A DNA stretch of 64,000 nucleotides from Eledone cirrhosa. Its lineage: Eukaryota. The DNA lies in the NCBI GenBank assembly GCA_964016885.1, contig OZ024744.1:134106001-134170000 (forward strand), given 5' to 3'. Numbering within the stretch: the first letter of the stretch is position 1; each line of letters starts with the position of its first letter. Under the pieces are notes generated by a model, which saw only the letters and a program-made list of their open reading frames with translations, was not told the DNA's origin and searched no databases. Shown in pieces: positions 21,701 to 33,799 of the stretch. The position numbers were made by a program, and so were the translations under genes.

Positions 21701-24700
21701 GGTTAAGTTAAGTTGGGCATAAGTTAAGTTGGGGATAATTTAAGTTGGGGTTAAGTTAAGTTGGGTTTAAGTTAAGTTGGGGTTAAGTTAAGTTGGGGAT
21801 AAGTTAAGTTGGGGTTAAGTTAAGTTGGGGTTAAGTTAAGTTGGGGTTAAGTTAAGTTGGGGCTAAGTTAAGTTGGGGCTGAGTTAAGTTGGGGTTAAGT
21901 TAAGTTGGGGTTAAGTTAAGTTGGGGTTAATTTAAGTTGGGGTTTATTTAAGTTGGGGTTACGTTAAGTTGGTGTTAAGTTAAGTTGGGGTTAATTTAAG
22001 TTGGGGTTAATTAAGTTGGGGTTAAGTTAAGTTGGGGTTAAGTTAAGTTGGGGTTAAGTTAAGTTGAGGTTAAGTTAAGTTGGGGTTAAATTAAGTTGGG
22101 GTTAAGTTAAGTTGGGGTTAAGTTAAGTTGGGGTTAAGTTAAGTTGGGGTTAAGTTAAGTTGGGGTTAAGTTAAGTTGGGGTTAAGTTAAGTTGGGGTTA
22201 AGTTAAGTTGAGGTTAAGTTAAGTTGGGGTTAAATTAAGTTGGGATTAAGTTAAGTTGGGGTTACGTTAAGTTGGAGTTAAGTTAAGTTGGGGTTAAGTT
22301 AAGTTGGGGTTAAATTAAGTTGGGGTTAAGTTAAGTTGGGGTTAAGTTAAGTTGGGGTTAAGTTGGGGTCAAGTTAAGTTGGGGTTAAGTTAAGTTGGGG
22401 TTAATTTAAGTTGGGGTTTATTTAAGTTGGGGTTACGTTAAGTTGGTGTTAAGTTAAGTTGGGGTTAATTTAAGTTGGGGTTAATTAAGTTGGGGTTAAG
22501 TTAAGTTGGGGTTAAGTTAAGTTGGGGTTAATTTAAGTTGGGGTTGAGTTAAGTTGGGGTTAAGTTAAGTTGGGGTTATATTAAGTTGGGGTTAAGTTAA
22601 GTTGGGGTTCAGTTAAGTTGGGTATAAGTTAAGTTGGGGTTAAGTTAAGTTGGTGTTAAGTTAAGTTGGGGCTGAGTTAAGTTGGGGTTAAGTTAAGTTG
22701 GGGTCAAGTTAAGTTGGGGTTAAGTTGGGGTTAAGTTAAGTTAGGTTTAAGTTAAGATGGGGTTAAGTTAAGTTGGGGTTAAGTTAAGTTGGGGTTAAGT
22801 TAAGTCGGGGTTAAGTTAAGTTGGGGTTAAGTTAAGTTGGGGTTAATTTAAGTTGGGGTTAAGTTAAGTTGGGGTCAAGTTAAGTTGGGGTTAAGTTGGG
22901 GTTAAGTTAATTTGTGGTTAAGTTAAGTTGGGGTTAAGTTAAGTTGGGGTTAAGTTAAGTTGGGGTTAAGTTAAGTCGGGGTTAAGTTAAGTTGGGGTTA
23001 AGTTAAGTTGGGGTTAATTTAAGTTGGGGTTAAGTTAAGTTGGGGTCAAGTTAAGTTGGGGTTAAGTTGGGGTTAAGTTAAGTTAGGTTTAAGTTAAGTT
23101 GGGGTTAAGTTAAGTTGGGGTTAAGTTAAGTTGGGGTTAAGTTAAGTTGGGGTTAAGTTAATTTGTGGTTAAGTTAAGTTGGGGTTAAGTTAAGTTGGGG
23201 TTAAGTTAAGTTGGGGTTAAGTTAAGTCGGGGTTAAGTTAAGTTGGGGTTAAGTTAAGTTGGGGTTAATTTAAGTTGGGGTTAAGTTAAGTTGGGGTTAA
23301 GTTAAGTTGGGGTTAAATTAAGTTGGGGTTAAGTTAAGTTGGGGTTAAGTCAAGTTGGGGTTAAGTTAAGTTGGGGATAAGTTAAGTTGGGGATAATTTA
23401 AGTTGGGGTTAAGTTAAGTTGGGTTTAAGTTAAGTTGGGGTTAAGTTAAGTTGGGGTTAAGTTAAGTTGGGGTTAAGTTAAGTTGGGGCTAAGTTAAGTT
23501 GGGGCTGAGTTAAGTTGGGGTTAAGTTAAGTTGGGCTTAATTTAAGTCGGGGTTAAGTTAAGTTAGGGTTCAGTTAAGTTGGGGTTAAGTTAAGTTGGGG
23601 TTAAGTTAAGTTGGGGTTAAGTTAAGTCGGGGTTAAGTTAAGTTGGGGTTAAGTTAAGTTGGGGTTAAGTTAAGTCGGGGTTAAGTTAAGTTGGGGTTAA
23701 GTTAAGTTGGGGTTAATTTAAGTTGGGGTTAAGTTAAGTTGGGGTTAAGTTAAGTTGGGGTTAAGTTAAGATGGGGTTAATTTAAGTTGGGGTTAAGTTA
23801 AGTTGAGGTTAAGTTAAGTTGGGGTTAAATTAAGTTGGGGTTAAGTTAAGTTGGGGTTAAGTCAAGTTGGGGTTAAGTTAAGTTGGGGATAAGTTAAGTT
23901 GGGGTTAATTTAAGTTGGGGTTAAGTTAAGTTGGGGTTAAGTTAAGTTGGGGTTAAATTAAGTTGGGGTTAAGTTAAGTTGGGGTTAAGTCAAGTTGGGG
24001 TTAAGTTAAGTTGGGGATAAGTTAAGTTGGGGATAATTTAAGTTGGGGTTAAGTTAAGTTGGGTTTAAGTTAAGTTGGGGTTAAGTTAAGTTGGGGTTAA
24101 GTTAAGTTGGGGTTAAGTTAAGTTGGGGTTAAGTTAAGTTGGGGTTAAGTTAAGTTGAGGTTAAGTTAAGTTGGGGTTAAATTAAGTTGGGGTTAAGTTA
24201 AGTTGGGGTTAAGTTAAGTTGGGGTTAAGTTAAGTTGGGCATAAGTTAAGTTGGGGATAATTTAAGTTGGGGTTAAGTTAAGTTGGGTTTAAGTTAAGTT
24301 GGGGTTAAGTTAAGTTGGGGATAAGTTAAGTTGGGGTTATGTTAAGTTGGGGTTAAGTTAAGTTGGGGTTAAGTTAAGTTGGGGCTAAGTTAAGTTGGGG
24401 CTGAGTTAAGTTGGGGTTAAGTTAAGTTGGGGTTAAGTTAAGTTGGGGTTAATTTAAGTTGGGGTTTATTTAAGTTGGGGTTACGTTAAGTTGGTGTTAA
24501 GTTAAGTTGGGGTTAATTTAAGTTGGGGTTAATTAAGTTGGGGTTAAGTTAAGTTGGGGTTAAGTTAAGTTGGGGTTAATTTAAGTTGGGGTTGAGTTAA
24601 GTTGGGGTTAAGTTAAGTTGGGGTTATATTAAGTTGGGGTTAAGTTAAGTTGGGGTTCAGTTAAGTTGGGTATAAGTTAAGTTGGGGTTAAGTTAAGTTG

Positions 24701-27700
24701 GGGTTAAGTTAAGTTGGGGTTAAGTTAAGTTGGTGTTAAGTTAAGTTGGGGCTAAGTTAAATTGGGGCTGAGTTAAGTTGGGGCTGAGTTAAGTTGGGGT
24801 TAAGTTAAGTTGGGGTCAAGTTAAGTTGGGGTTAAGTTGGGGTTAAGTTAAGTTAGGTTTAAGTTAAGATGGGGTTAAGTTAAGTTGGGGTTAAGTTAAG
24901 TTGGGGTTAAGTTAAGTCGGGGTTAAGTTAAGTTGGGGTTAAGTTAAGTTGGGGTTAATTTAAGTTGGGGTTAAGTTAAGTTGGGGTCAACTTAAGTTGG
25001 GGTTAAGTTGGGGTTAAGTTAATTTGTGGTTAAGTTAAGTTGGGGTTAAGTTAAGTTGGGGTTAAGTTAAGTTGGGGTTAAGTTAAGTCGGGGTTAAGTT
25101 AAGTTGGGGTTAAGTTAAGTTGGGGTGAATTTAAGTTGGGGTTAAGTTAAGTTGGGGTCAAGTTAAGTTGGGGTTAAGTTGGGGTTAAGTTAAGTTAGGT
25201 TTAAGTTAAGTTGGGGTTAAGTTAAGTTGGGGTTAAGTTAAGTTGGGGTTAAGTTAAGTTGGGGTTAAGTTAAGTTGGGGTTAAGTTAAGTTGAGGTTAA
25301 GTTAAGTTGGGGTTAAATTAAGTTGGGGTTAAGTTAAGTTGGGGTTAAGTTAAGTTGGGGTTAAGTTAAGTTGGGGTTAAGTTAAGTTGGGGTTAATTTA
25401 AGTTGGGGTTAAGTTAAGTTGGGGTTAAGTTAAGTTGGGGTTAATTTAAGATGGGGTTAAGTTAAGTTGGGGTTAAGTTAAGTTGAGGTTAAGTTAAGTT
25501 GGGGTTAAATTAAGTTGGGGTTAAGTTAAGTTGGGGTTAAGTTAAGTTGGGGTTAAGTTAAGTTGGGGATAAGTTAAGTTGGGGATAATTTAAGTTGGGG
25601 TTAAGTTAAGTTGGGTTTAAGTTAAGTTGGGGTTAAGTTAAGTTGGAGTTTATTTAAGTTGGGGTTAAGTTAAGTTGGGGTTCAGTTAAGTTGGGGTTAA
25701 GTTAAGTTGGGGTTAAGATGGGGTTAAATTAAGTTGGGGTTAAGTTAAGTTGGGGTTAATTTAAGTTGGGGTTAAGTTAAGTTGGGGTTAAGTTAAGTGG
25801 GGGTTAAGTTAAGTCGGGGTTAAGTTAAGTTAGGGTTCAGTTAAGTTGGGGTTAAGTTAAGTTGGGGTTGAGTTAGGTTGGGGTTGAGTTAAATTGGGGT
25901 TGAGTTAAGTTGGGGTTGAGTTAGGTTGGGGTTGAGTTAAATTGGGGTTGAGTTAAGTTGGGGTTGAGTTAAGTTGGTGTTGAGTTAAGTTGGGGTTAAG
26001 TTAAGTTGGGGTTAAGTTAATTTGTGGTTAAGTTGGGGTTAAGTTAAGTTGGGGTTAAGTTAAGTTGGGGTTAAGTTAAGTCGGGGTTAAGTTAAGTTGG
26101 GGTTGAGTTAAGTTGGGGTTAATTTAAGTTGGGGTTAAGTTAAGTTGGGGTTAAGTTAAGTTGGGGTTAAGTTAAGTTGAGGTTAAGTTAAGTTGGGGTT
26201 AAATTAAGTTGGGGTTAAGTTAAGTTGGGGTTAAGTTAAGTTGGGGTTAAGTTAAGTTGGGGATAAGTTAAGTTGGGGATAATTTAAGTTGGGGTTAAGT
26301 TAAGTTGGGTTTAAGTTAAGTTGGGGTTAAGTTAAGTTGGGGATAAGTTAAGTTGGGGTTATGTTAAGTTGGGGTTAAGTTAAGTTGGGGTTAAGTTAAG
26401 TTGGGGCTAAGTTAAGTTGGGGCTGAGTTAAGTTGGGGTTAAGTTAAGTTGGGGTTAAGTTAAGTTGGGGTTAATTTAAGTTGGGGTTTATTTAAGTTGG
26501 GGTTACGTTAAGTTGGTGTTAAGTTAAGTTGGGGTTAATTTAAGTTGGGGTTAATTAAGTTGGGGTTAAGTTAAGTTGGGGTTAAGTTAAGTTGGGGTTA
26601 ATTTAAGTTGGGGTTGAGTTAAGTTGGGGTTAAGTTAAGTTGGGGTTATATTAAGTTGGGGTTAAGTTAAGTTGGGGTTCAGTTAAGTTGGGTATAAGTT
26701 AAGTTGGGGTTAAGTTAAGTTGGGGTTAAGTTAAGTTGGGGTTAAGTTAAGTTGGTGTTAAGTTAAGTTGGGGCTAAGTTAAATTGGGGCTGAGTTAAGT
26801 TGGGGCTGAGTTAAGTTGGGGTTAAGTTAAGTTGGGGTCAAGTTAAGTTGGGGTTAAGTTGGGGTTAAGTTAAGTTAGGTTTAAGTTAAGATGGGGTTAA
26901 GTTAAGTTGGGGTTAAGTTAAGTTGGGGTTAAGTTAAGTCGGGGTTAAGTTAAGTTGGGGTTAAGTTAAGTTGGGGTTAATTTAAGTTGGGGTTAAGTTA
27001 AGTTGGGGTCAACTTAAGTTGGGGTTAAGTTGGGGTTAAGTTAATTTGTGGTTAAGTTAAGTTGGGGTTAAGTTAAGTTGGGGTTAAGTTAAGTTGGGGT
27101 TAAGTTAAGTCGGGGTTAAGTTAAGTTGGGGTTAAGTTAAGTTGGGGTGAATTTAAGTTGGGGTTAAGTTAAGTTGGGGTCAAGTTAAGTTGGGGTTAAG
27201 TTGGGGTTAAGTTAAGTTAGGTTTAAGTTAAGTTGGGGTTAAGTTAAGTTGGGGTTAAGTTAAGTTGGGGTTAAGTTAAGTTGGGGTTAAGTTAAGTTGG
27301 GGTTAAGTTAAGTTGAGGTTAAGTTAAGTTGGGGTTAAATTAAGTTGGGGTTAAGTTAAGTTGGGGTTAAGTTAAGTTGGGGTTAAGTTAAGTTGGGGAT
27401 AAGTTAAGTTGGGGATAATTTAAGTTGGGGTTAAGTTAAGTTGGGGTTAAATTAAGTTGGGGTTAAGTTAAGTTGGGGTTAAGTTAAGTTGGGGTTAAGT
27501 TAAGTTGGGGATAAGTTAAGTTGGGGATAATTTAAGTTGGGGTTAAGTTAAGTTGGGTTTAAGTTAAGTTGGGGTTAAGTTAAGTTGGGGATAAGTTAAG
27601 TTGGGGTTAAGTTAAGTTGGGGTTAAGTTAAGTTGGGGCTAAGTTAAGTTGGGGATAAGTTAAGTTGGGGTTAAGTTAAGTTGAGGTTAAGTTAAGTTGG

Positions 27701-30700
27701 GGTTAAATTAAGTTGGGGTTAAGTTAAGTTGGGGTTAAGTTAAGTTGGGGTTACGTTAAGTTGGGGATAAGTTAAGTTGGGGATAATTTAAGTTGGGGTT
27801 AAGTTAAGTTGGGTTTAAGTTAAGTTGGGGTTAAGTTAAGTTGGGGATAAGTTAAGTTGGGGTTAAGTTAAGTTGGGGTTAAGTTAAGTTGGGGTTAAGT
27901 TAAGTTGGGGCTAATTTAAGTTGGGGCTGAGTTAAGTTGGGGTTAAGTTAAGTTGGGGTTAATTTAAGTTGGGGTTTATTTAAGTTGGGGTTACGTTAAG
28001 TTGGTGTTAAGTTAAGTTGGGGTTAATTTAAGTTGGGGTTAATTAAGATGGGGTTAAGTTAAGTTGGGGTTAAGTTAAGTTGGGGTTAATTTAAGTTGGG
28101 GTTGAGTTAAGTTGGGGTTAAGTTAAGTTGGGGTTATATTAAGTTGGGGTTAAGTTAAGTTGGGGTTCAGTTAAGTTGGGTATAAGTTAAGTTGGGGTTA
28201 AGTTAAGTTGGGGTTAAGTTAAGTTGGGGTTAAGTTAAGTTGGTGTTAAGTTAAGTTGGGGCTAAGTTAAATTGGGGCTGAGTTAAGTTGGGGCTGAGTT
28301 AAGTTGGGGTTAAGTTAAGTTGGGGTCAAGTTAAGTTGGGGTTAAGTTGGGGTTAAGTTAAGTTAGGTTTAAGTTAAGATGGGGTTAAGTTAAGTTGGGG
28401 TTAAGTTAAGTTGGGGTTAAGTTAAGTCGGGGTTAAGTTAAGTTGGGGTTAAGTTAAGTTGGGGTTAATTTAAGTTGGGGTTAAGTTAAGTTGGGGTCAA
28501 CTTAAGTTGGGGTTAAGTTGGGGTTAAGTTAAGTTAGGTTTAAGTTAAATTGGGGTTAAGTTAAGTTGGGGTTAAGTTAAGTTGGGGTTAAGTTAAGTTG
28601 GAGTTAAGTTAATTTGTGGTTAAGTTAAGTTGGGATTAAGTTAAGTTGGGGTTAAGTTAAGTTGGGGTTAAGTTAAGTCGGGGTTAAGTTAAGTTGGGGT
28701 TAAGTTAAGTTGGGGTTAATTTAAGTTGGGGTTAAGTTAAGTTGGGGTTAAGTTAAGTTGGGGTTAAATTAAGTTGGGGTTAAGTTAAGTTGGGGTTAAG
28801 TCAAGTTGGGGTTAAGTTAAGTTGGGGATAAGTTAAGTTGGGGATAATTTAAGTTGGGGTTAAGTTAAGTTGGGTTTAAGTTAAGTTGGGGTTAAGTTAA
28901 GTTGGGGTTAAGTTAAGTTGGGGTTAAGTTAAGTTGGGGTTAAGTTAAGTTGGGGTTAAGTTAAGTTGAGGTTAAGTTAAGTTGGGGTTAAATTAAGTTG
29001 GGGTTAAGTTAAGTTGGGGTTAAGTTAAGTTGGGGTTAAGTTAAGTTGGGCATAAGTTAAGTTGGGGATAATTTAAGTTGGGGTTAAGTTAAGTTGGGTT
29101 TAAGTTAAGTTGGGGTTAAGTTAAGTTGGGGATAAGTTAAGTTGGGGTTAAGTTAAGTTGGGGTTAAGTTAAGTTGGGGTTAAGTTAAGTTGGGGCTAAG
29201 TTAAGTTGGGGCTGAGTTAAGTTGGGGTTAAGTTAAGTTGGGGTTAAGTTAAGTTGGGGTTAATTTAAGTTGGGGTTTATTTAAGTTGGGGTTACGTTAA
29301 GTTGGTGTTAAGTTAAGTTGGGGTTAATTTAAGTTGGGGTTAATTAAGTTGGGGTTAAGTTAAGTTGGGGTTAAGTTAAGTTGGGGTTAAGTTAAGTTGA
29401 GGTTAAGTTAAGTTGGGGTTAAATTAAGTTGGGGTTAAGTTAAGTTGGGGTTAAGTTAAGTTGGGGTTAAGTTAAGTTGGGGTTAAGTTAAGTTGGGGTT
29501 AAGTTAAGTTGGGGTTAAGTTAAGTTGGGGTTAAGTTAAGTTGAGGTTAAGTTAAGTTGGGGTTAAATTAAGTTGGGATTAAGTTAAGTTGGGGTTACGT
29601 TAAGTTGGAGTTAAGTTAAGTTGGGGTTAAGTTAAGTTGGGGTTAAATTAAGTTGGGGTTAAGTTAAGTTGGGGTTAAGTTAAGTTGGGGTTAAGTTGGG
29701 GTCAAGTTAAGTTGGGGTTAAGTTAAGTTGGGGTTAATTTAAGTTGGGGTTTATTTAAGTTGGGGTTACGTTAAGTTGGTGTTAAGTTAAGTTGGGGTTA
29801 ATTTAAGTTGGGGTTAATTAAGTTGGGGTTAAGTTAAGTTGGGGTTAAGTTAAGTTGGGGTTAATTTAAGTTGGGGTTGAGTTAAGTTGGGGTTAAGTTA
29901 AGTTGGGGTTATATTAAGTTGGGGTTAAGTTAAGTTGGGGTTCAGTTAAGTTGGGTATAAGTTAAGTTGGGGTTAAGTTAAGTTGGTGTTAAGTTAAGTT
30001 GGGGCTGAGTTAAGTTGGGGTTAAGTTAAGTTGGGGTCAAGTTAAGTTGGGGTTAAGTTGGGGTTAAGTTAAGTTAGGTTTAAGTTAAGATGGGGTTAAG
30101 TTAAGTTGGGGTTAAGTTAAGTTGGGGTTAAGTTAAGTCGGGGTTAAGTTAAGTTGGGGTTAAGTTAAGTTGGGGTTAATTTAAGTTGGGGTTAAGTTAA
30201 GTTGGGGTCAAGTTAAGTTGGGGTTAAGTTGGGGTTAAGTTAATTTGTGGTTAAGTTAAGTTGGGGTTAAGTTAAGTTGGGGTTAAGTTAAGTTGGGGTT
30301 AAGTTAAGTCGGGGTTAAGTTAAGTTGGGGTTAAGTTAAGTTGGGGTTAATTTAAGTTGGGGTTAAGTTAAGTTGGGGTCAAGTTAAGTTGGGGTTAAGT
30401 TGGGGTTAAGTTAAGTTAGGTTTAAGTTAAGTTGGGGTTAAGTTAAGTTGGGGTTAAGTTAAGTTGGGGTTAAGTTAAGTTGGGGTTAAGTTAATTTGTG
30501 GTTAAGTTAAGTTGGGGTTAAGTTAAGTTGGGGTTAAGTTAAGTTGGGGTTAAGTTAAGTCGGGGTTAAGTTAAGTTGGGGTTAAGTTAAGTTGGGGTTA
30601 ATTTAAGTTGGGGTTAAGTTAAGTTGGGGTTAAGTTAAGTTGGGGTTAAATTAAGTTGGGGTTAAGTTAAGTTGGGGTTAAGTCAAGTTGGGGTTAAGTT

Positions 30701-32695
30701 AAGTTGGGGATAAGTTAAGTTGGGGATAATTTAAGTTGGGGTTAAGTTAAGTTGGGTTTAAGTTAAGTTGGGGTTAAGTTAAGTTGGGGTTAAGTTAAGT
30801 TGGGGTTAAGTTAAGTTGGGGCTAAGTTAAGTTGGGGCTGAGTTAAGTTGGGGTTAAGTTAAGTTGGGCTTAATTTAAGTCGGGGTTAAGTTAAGTTAGG
30901 GTTCAGTTAAGTTGGGGTTAAGTTAAGTTGGGGTTAAGTTAAGTTGGGGTTAAGTTAAGTCGGGGTTAAGTTAAGTTGGGGTTAAGTTAAGTTGGGGTTA
31001 AGTTAAGTCGGGGTTAAGTTAAGTTGGGGTTAAGTTAAGTTGGGGTTAATTTAAGTTGGGGTTAAGTTAAGTTGGGGTTAAGTTAAGTTGGGGTTAAGTT
31101 AAGATGGGGTTAATTTAAGTTGGGGTTAAGTTAAGTTGAGGTTAAGTTAAGTTGGGGTTAAATTAAGTTGGGGTTAAGTTAAGTTGGGGTTAAGTCAAGT
31201 TGGGGTTAAGTTAAGTTGGGGATAAGTTAAGTTGGGGTTAATTTAAGTTGGGGTTAAGTTAAGTTGGGGTTAAGTTAAGTTGGGGTTAAATTAAGTTGGG
31301 GTTAAGTTAAGTTGGGGTTAAGTCAAGTTGGGGTTAAGTTAAGTTGGGGATAAGTTAAGTTGGGGATAATTTAAGTTGGGGTTAAGTTAAGTTGGGTTTA
31401 AGTTAAGTTGGGGTTAAGTTAAGTTGGGGTTAAGTTAAGTTGGGGTTAAGTTAAGTTGGGGTTAAGTTAAGTTGGGGTTAAGTTAAGTTGAGGTTAAGTT
31501 AAGTTGGGGTTAAATTAAGTTGGGGTTAAGTTAAGTTGGGGTTAAGTTAAGTTGGGGTTAAGTTAAGTTGGGCATAAGTTAAGTTGGGGATAATTTAAGT
31601 TGGGGTTAAGTTAAGTTGGGTTTAAGTTAAGTTGGGGTTAAGTTAAGTTGGGGATAAGTTAAGTTGGGGTTATGTTAAGTTGGGGTTAAGTTAAGTTGGG
31701 GTTAAGTTAAGTTGGGGCTAAGTTAAGTTGGGGCTGAGTTAAGTTGGGGTTAAGTTAAGTTGGGGTTAAGTTAAGTTGGGGTTAATTTAAGTTGGGGTTT
31801 ATTTAAGTTGGGGTTACGTTAAGTTGGTGTTAAGTTAAGTTGGGGTTAATTTAAGTTGGGGTTAATTAAGTTGGGGTTAAGTTAAGTTGGGGTTAAGTTA
31901 AGTTGGGGTTAATTTAAGTTGGGGTTGAGTTAAGTTGGGGTTAAGTTAAGTTGGGGTTATATTAAGTTGGGGTTAAGTTAAGTTGGGGTTCAGTTAAGTT
32001 GGGTATAAGTTAAGTTGGGGTTAAGTTAAGTTGGGGTTAAGTTAAGTTGGGGTTAAGTTAAGTTGGTGTTAAGTTAAGTTGGGGCTAAGTTAAATTGGGG
32101 CTGAGTTAAGTTGGGGCTGAGTTAAGTTGGGGTTAAGTTAAGTTGGGGTCAAGTTAAGTTGGGGTTAAGTTGGGGTTAAGTTAAGTTAGGTTTAAGTTAA
32201 GATGGGGTTAAGTTAAGTTGGGGTTAAGTTAAGTTGGGGTTAAGTTAAGTCGGGGTTAAGTTAAGTTGGGGTTAAGTTAAGTTGGGGTTAATTTAAGTTG
32301 GGGTTAAGTTAAGTTGGGGTCAACTTAAGTTGGGGTTAAGTTGGGGTTAAGTTAATTTGTGGTTAAGTTAAGTTGGGGTTAAGTTAAGTTGGGGTTAAGT
32401 TAAGTTGGGGTTAAGTTAAGTCGGGGTTAAGTTAAGTTGGGGTTAAGTTAAGTTGGGGTGAATTTAAGTTGGGGTTAAGTTAAGTTGGGGTCAAGTTAAG
32501 TTGGGGTTAAGTTGGGGTTAAGTTAAGTTAGGTTTAAGTTAAGTTGGGGTTAAGTTAAGTTGGGGTTAAGTTAAGTTGGGGTTAAGTTAAGTTGGGGTTA
32601 AGTTAAGTTGGGGTTAAGTTAAGTTGAGGTTAAGTTAAGTTGGGGTTAAATTAAGTTGGGGTTAAGTTAAGTTGGGGTTAAGTTAAGTTGGGGTT
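18030..32695 (+). repeat. 7333-bp tandem duplication (about 18030-25362 and 25363-32695)
   Basis: The offset is 7333 for GGGGG (18466/25799), GGGGTGAAT (19811/27144 and 25122/32455), GGAG..GTGG..GGGA (21267/28600) and GGGATTAAG..TTACG (22242/29575). Confidence 0.9.
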
Positions 32696-33799
32696 AAGTT
32701 AAGTTGGGGATAAGTTAAGTTGGGGATAATTTAAGTTGGGGTTAAGTTAAGTTGGGGTTAAATTAAGTTGGGGTTAAGTTAAGTTGGGGTTAAGTTAAGT
32801 TGGGGTTAAGTTAAGTTGGGGATAAGTTAAGTTGGGGATAATTTAAGTTGGGGTTAAGTTAAGTTGGGTTTAAGTTAAGTTGGGGTTAAGTTAAGTTGGG
32901 GATAAGTTAAGTTGGGGTTAAGTTAAGTTGGGGTTAAGTTAAGTTGGGGCTAAGTTAAGTTGGGGATAAGTTAAGTTGGGGTTAAGTTAAGTTGAGGTTA
33001 AGTTAAGTTGGGGTTAAATTAAGTTGGGGTTAAGTTAAGTTGGGGTTAAGTTAAGTTGGGGTTACGTTAAGTTGGGGATAAGTTAAGTTGGGGATAATTT
33101 AAGTTGGGGTTAAGTTAAGTTGGGTTTAAGTTAAGTTGGGGTTAAGTTAAGTTGGGGATAATTTAAGTTGGGGTTAAGTTAAGTTGGGTTTAAGTTAAGT
33201 TGGGGTTAAGTTAAGTTGGGGATAAGTTAAGTTGGGGTTATGTTAAGTTGGGGTTAAGTTAAGTTGGGGTTAAGTTAAGTTGGGGCTAAGTTAAGTTGGG
33301 GCTGAGTTAAGTTGGGGTTAAGTTAAGTTGGGGTTAAGTTAAGTTGGGGTTAATTTAAGTTGGGGTTTATTTAAGTTGGGGTTACGTTAAGTTGGTGTTA
33401 AGTTAAGTTGGGGTTAATTTAAGTTGGGGTTAATTAAGTTGGGGTTAAGTTAAGTTGGGGTTAAGTTAAGTTGGGGTTAATTTAAGTTGGGGTTGAGTTA
33501 AGTTGGGGTTAAGTTAAGTTGGGGTTATATTAAGTTGGGGTTAAGTTAAGTTGGGGTTCAGTTAAGTTGGGTATAAGTTAAGTTGGGGTTAAGTTAAGTT
33601 GGGGTTAAGTTAAGTTGGGGTTAAGTTAAGTTGGTGTTAAGTTAAGTTGGGGCTAAGTTAAATTGGGGCTGAGTTAAGTTGGGGCTGAGTTAAGATGGGG
33701 TTAAGTTAAGTTGGGGTTAAGTTAAGTTGGGGTTAAGTTAAGTCGGGGTTAAGTTAAGTTGGGGTTAAGTTAAGTTGGGGTTAATTTAAGTTGGGGTTA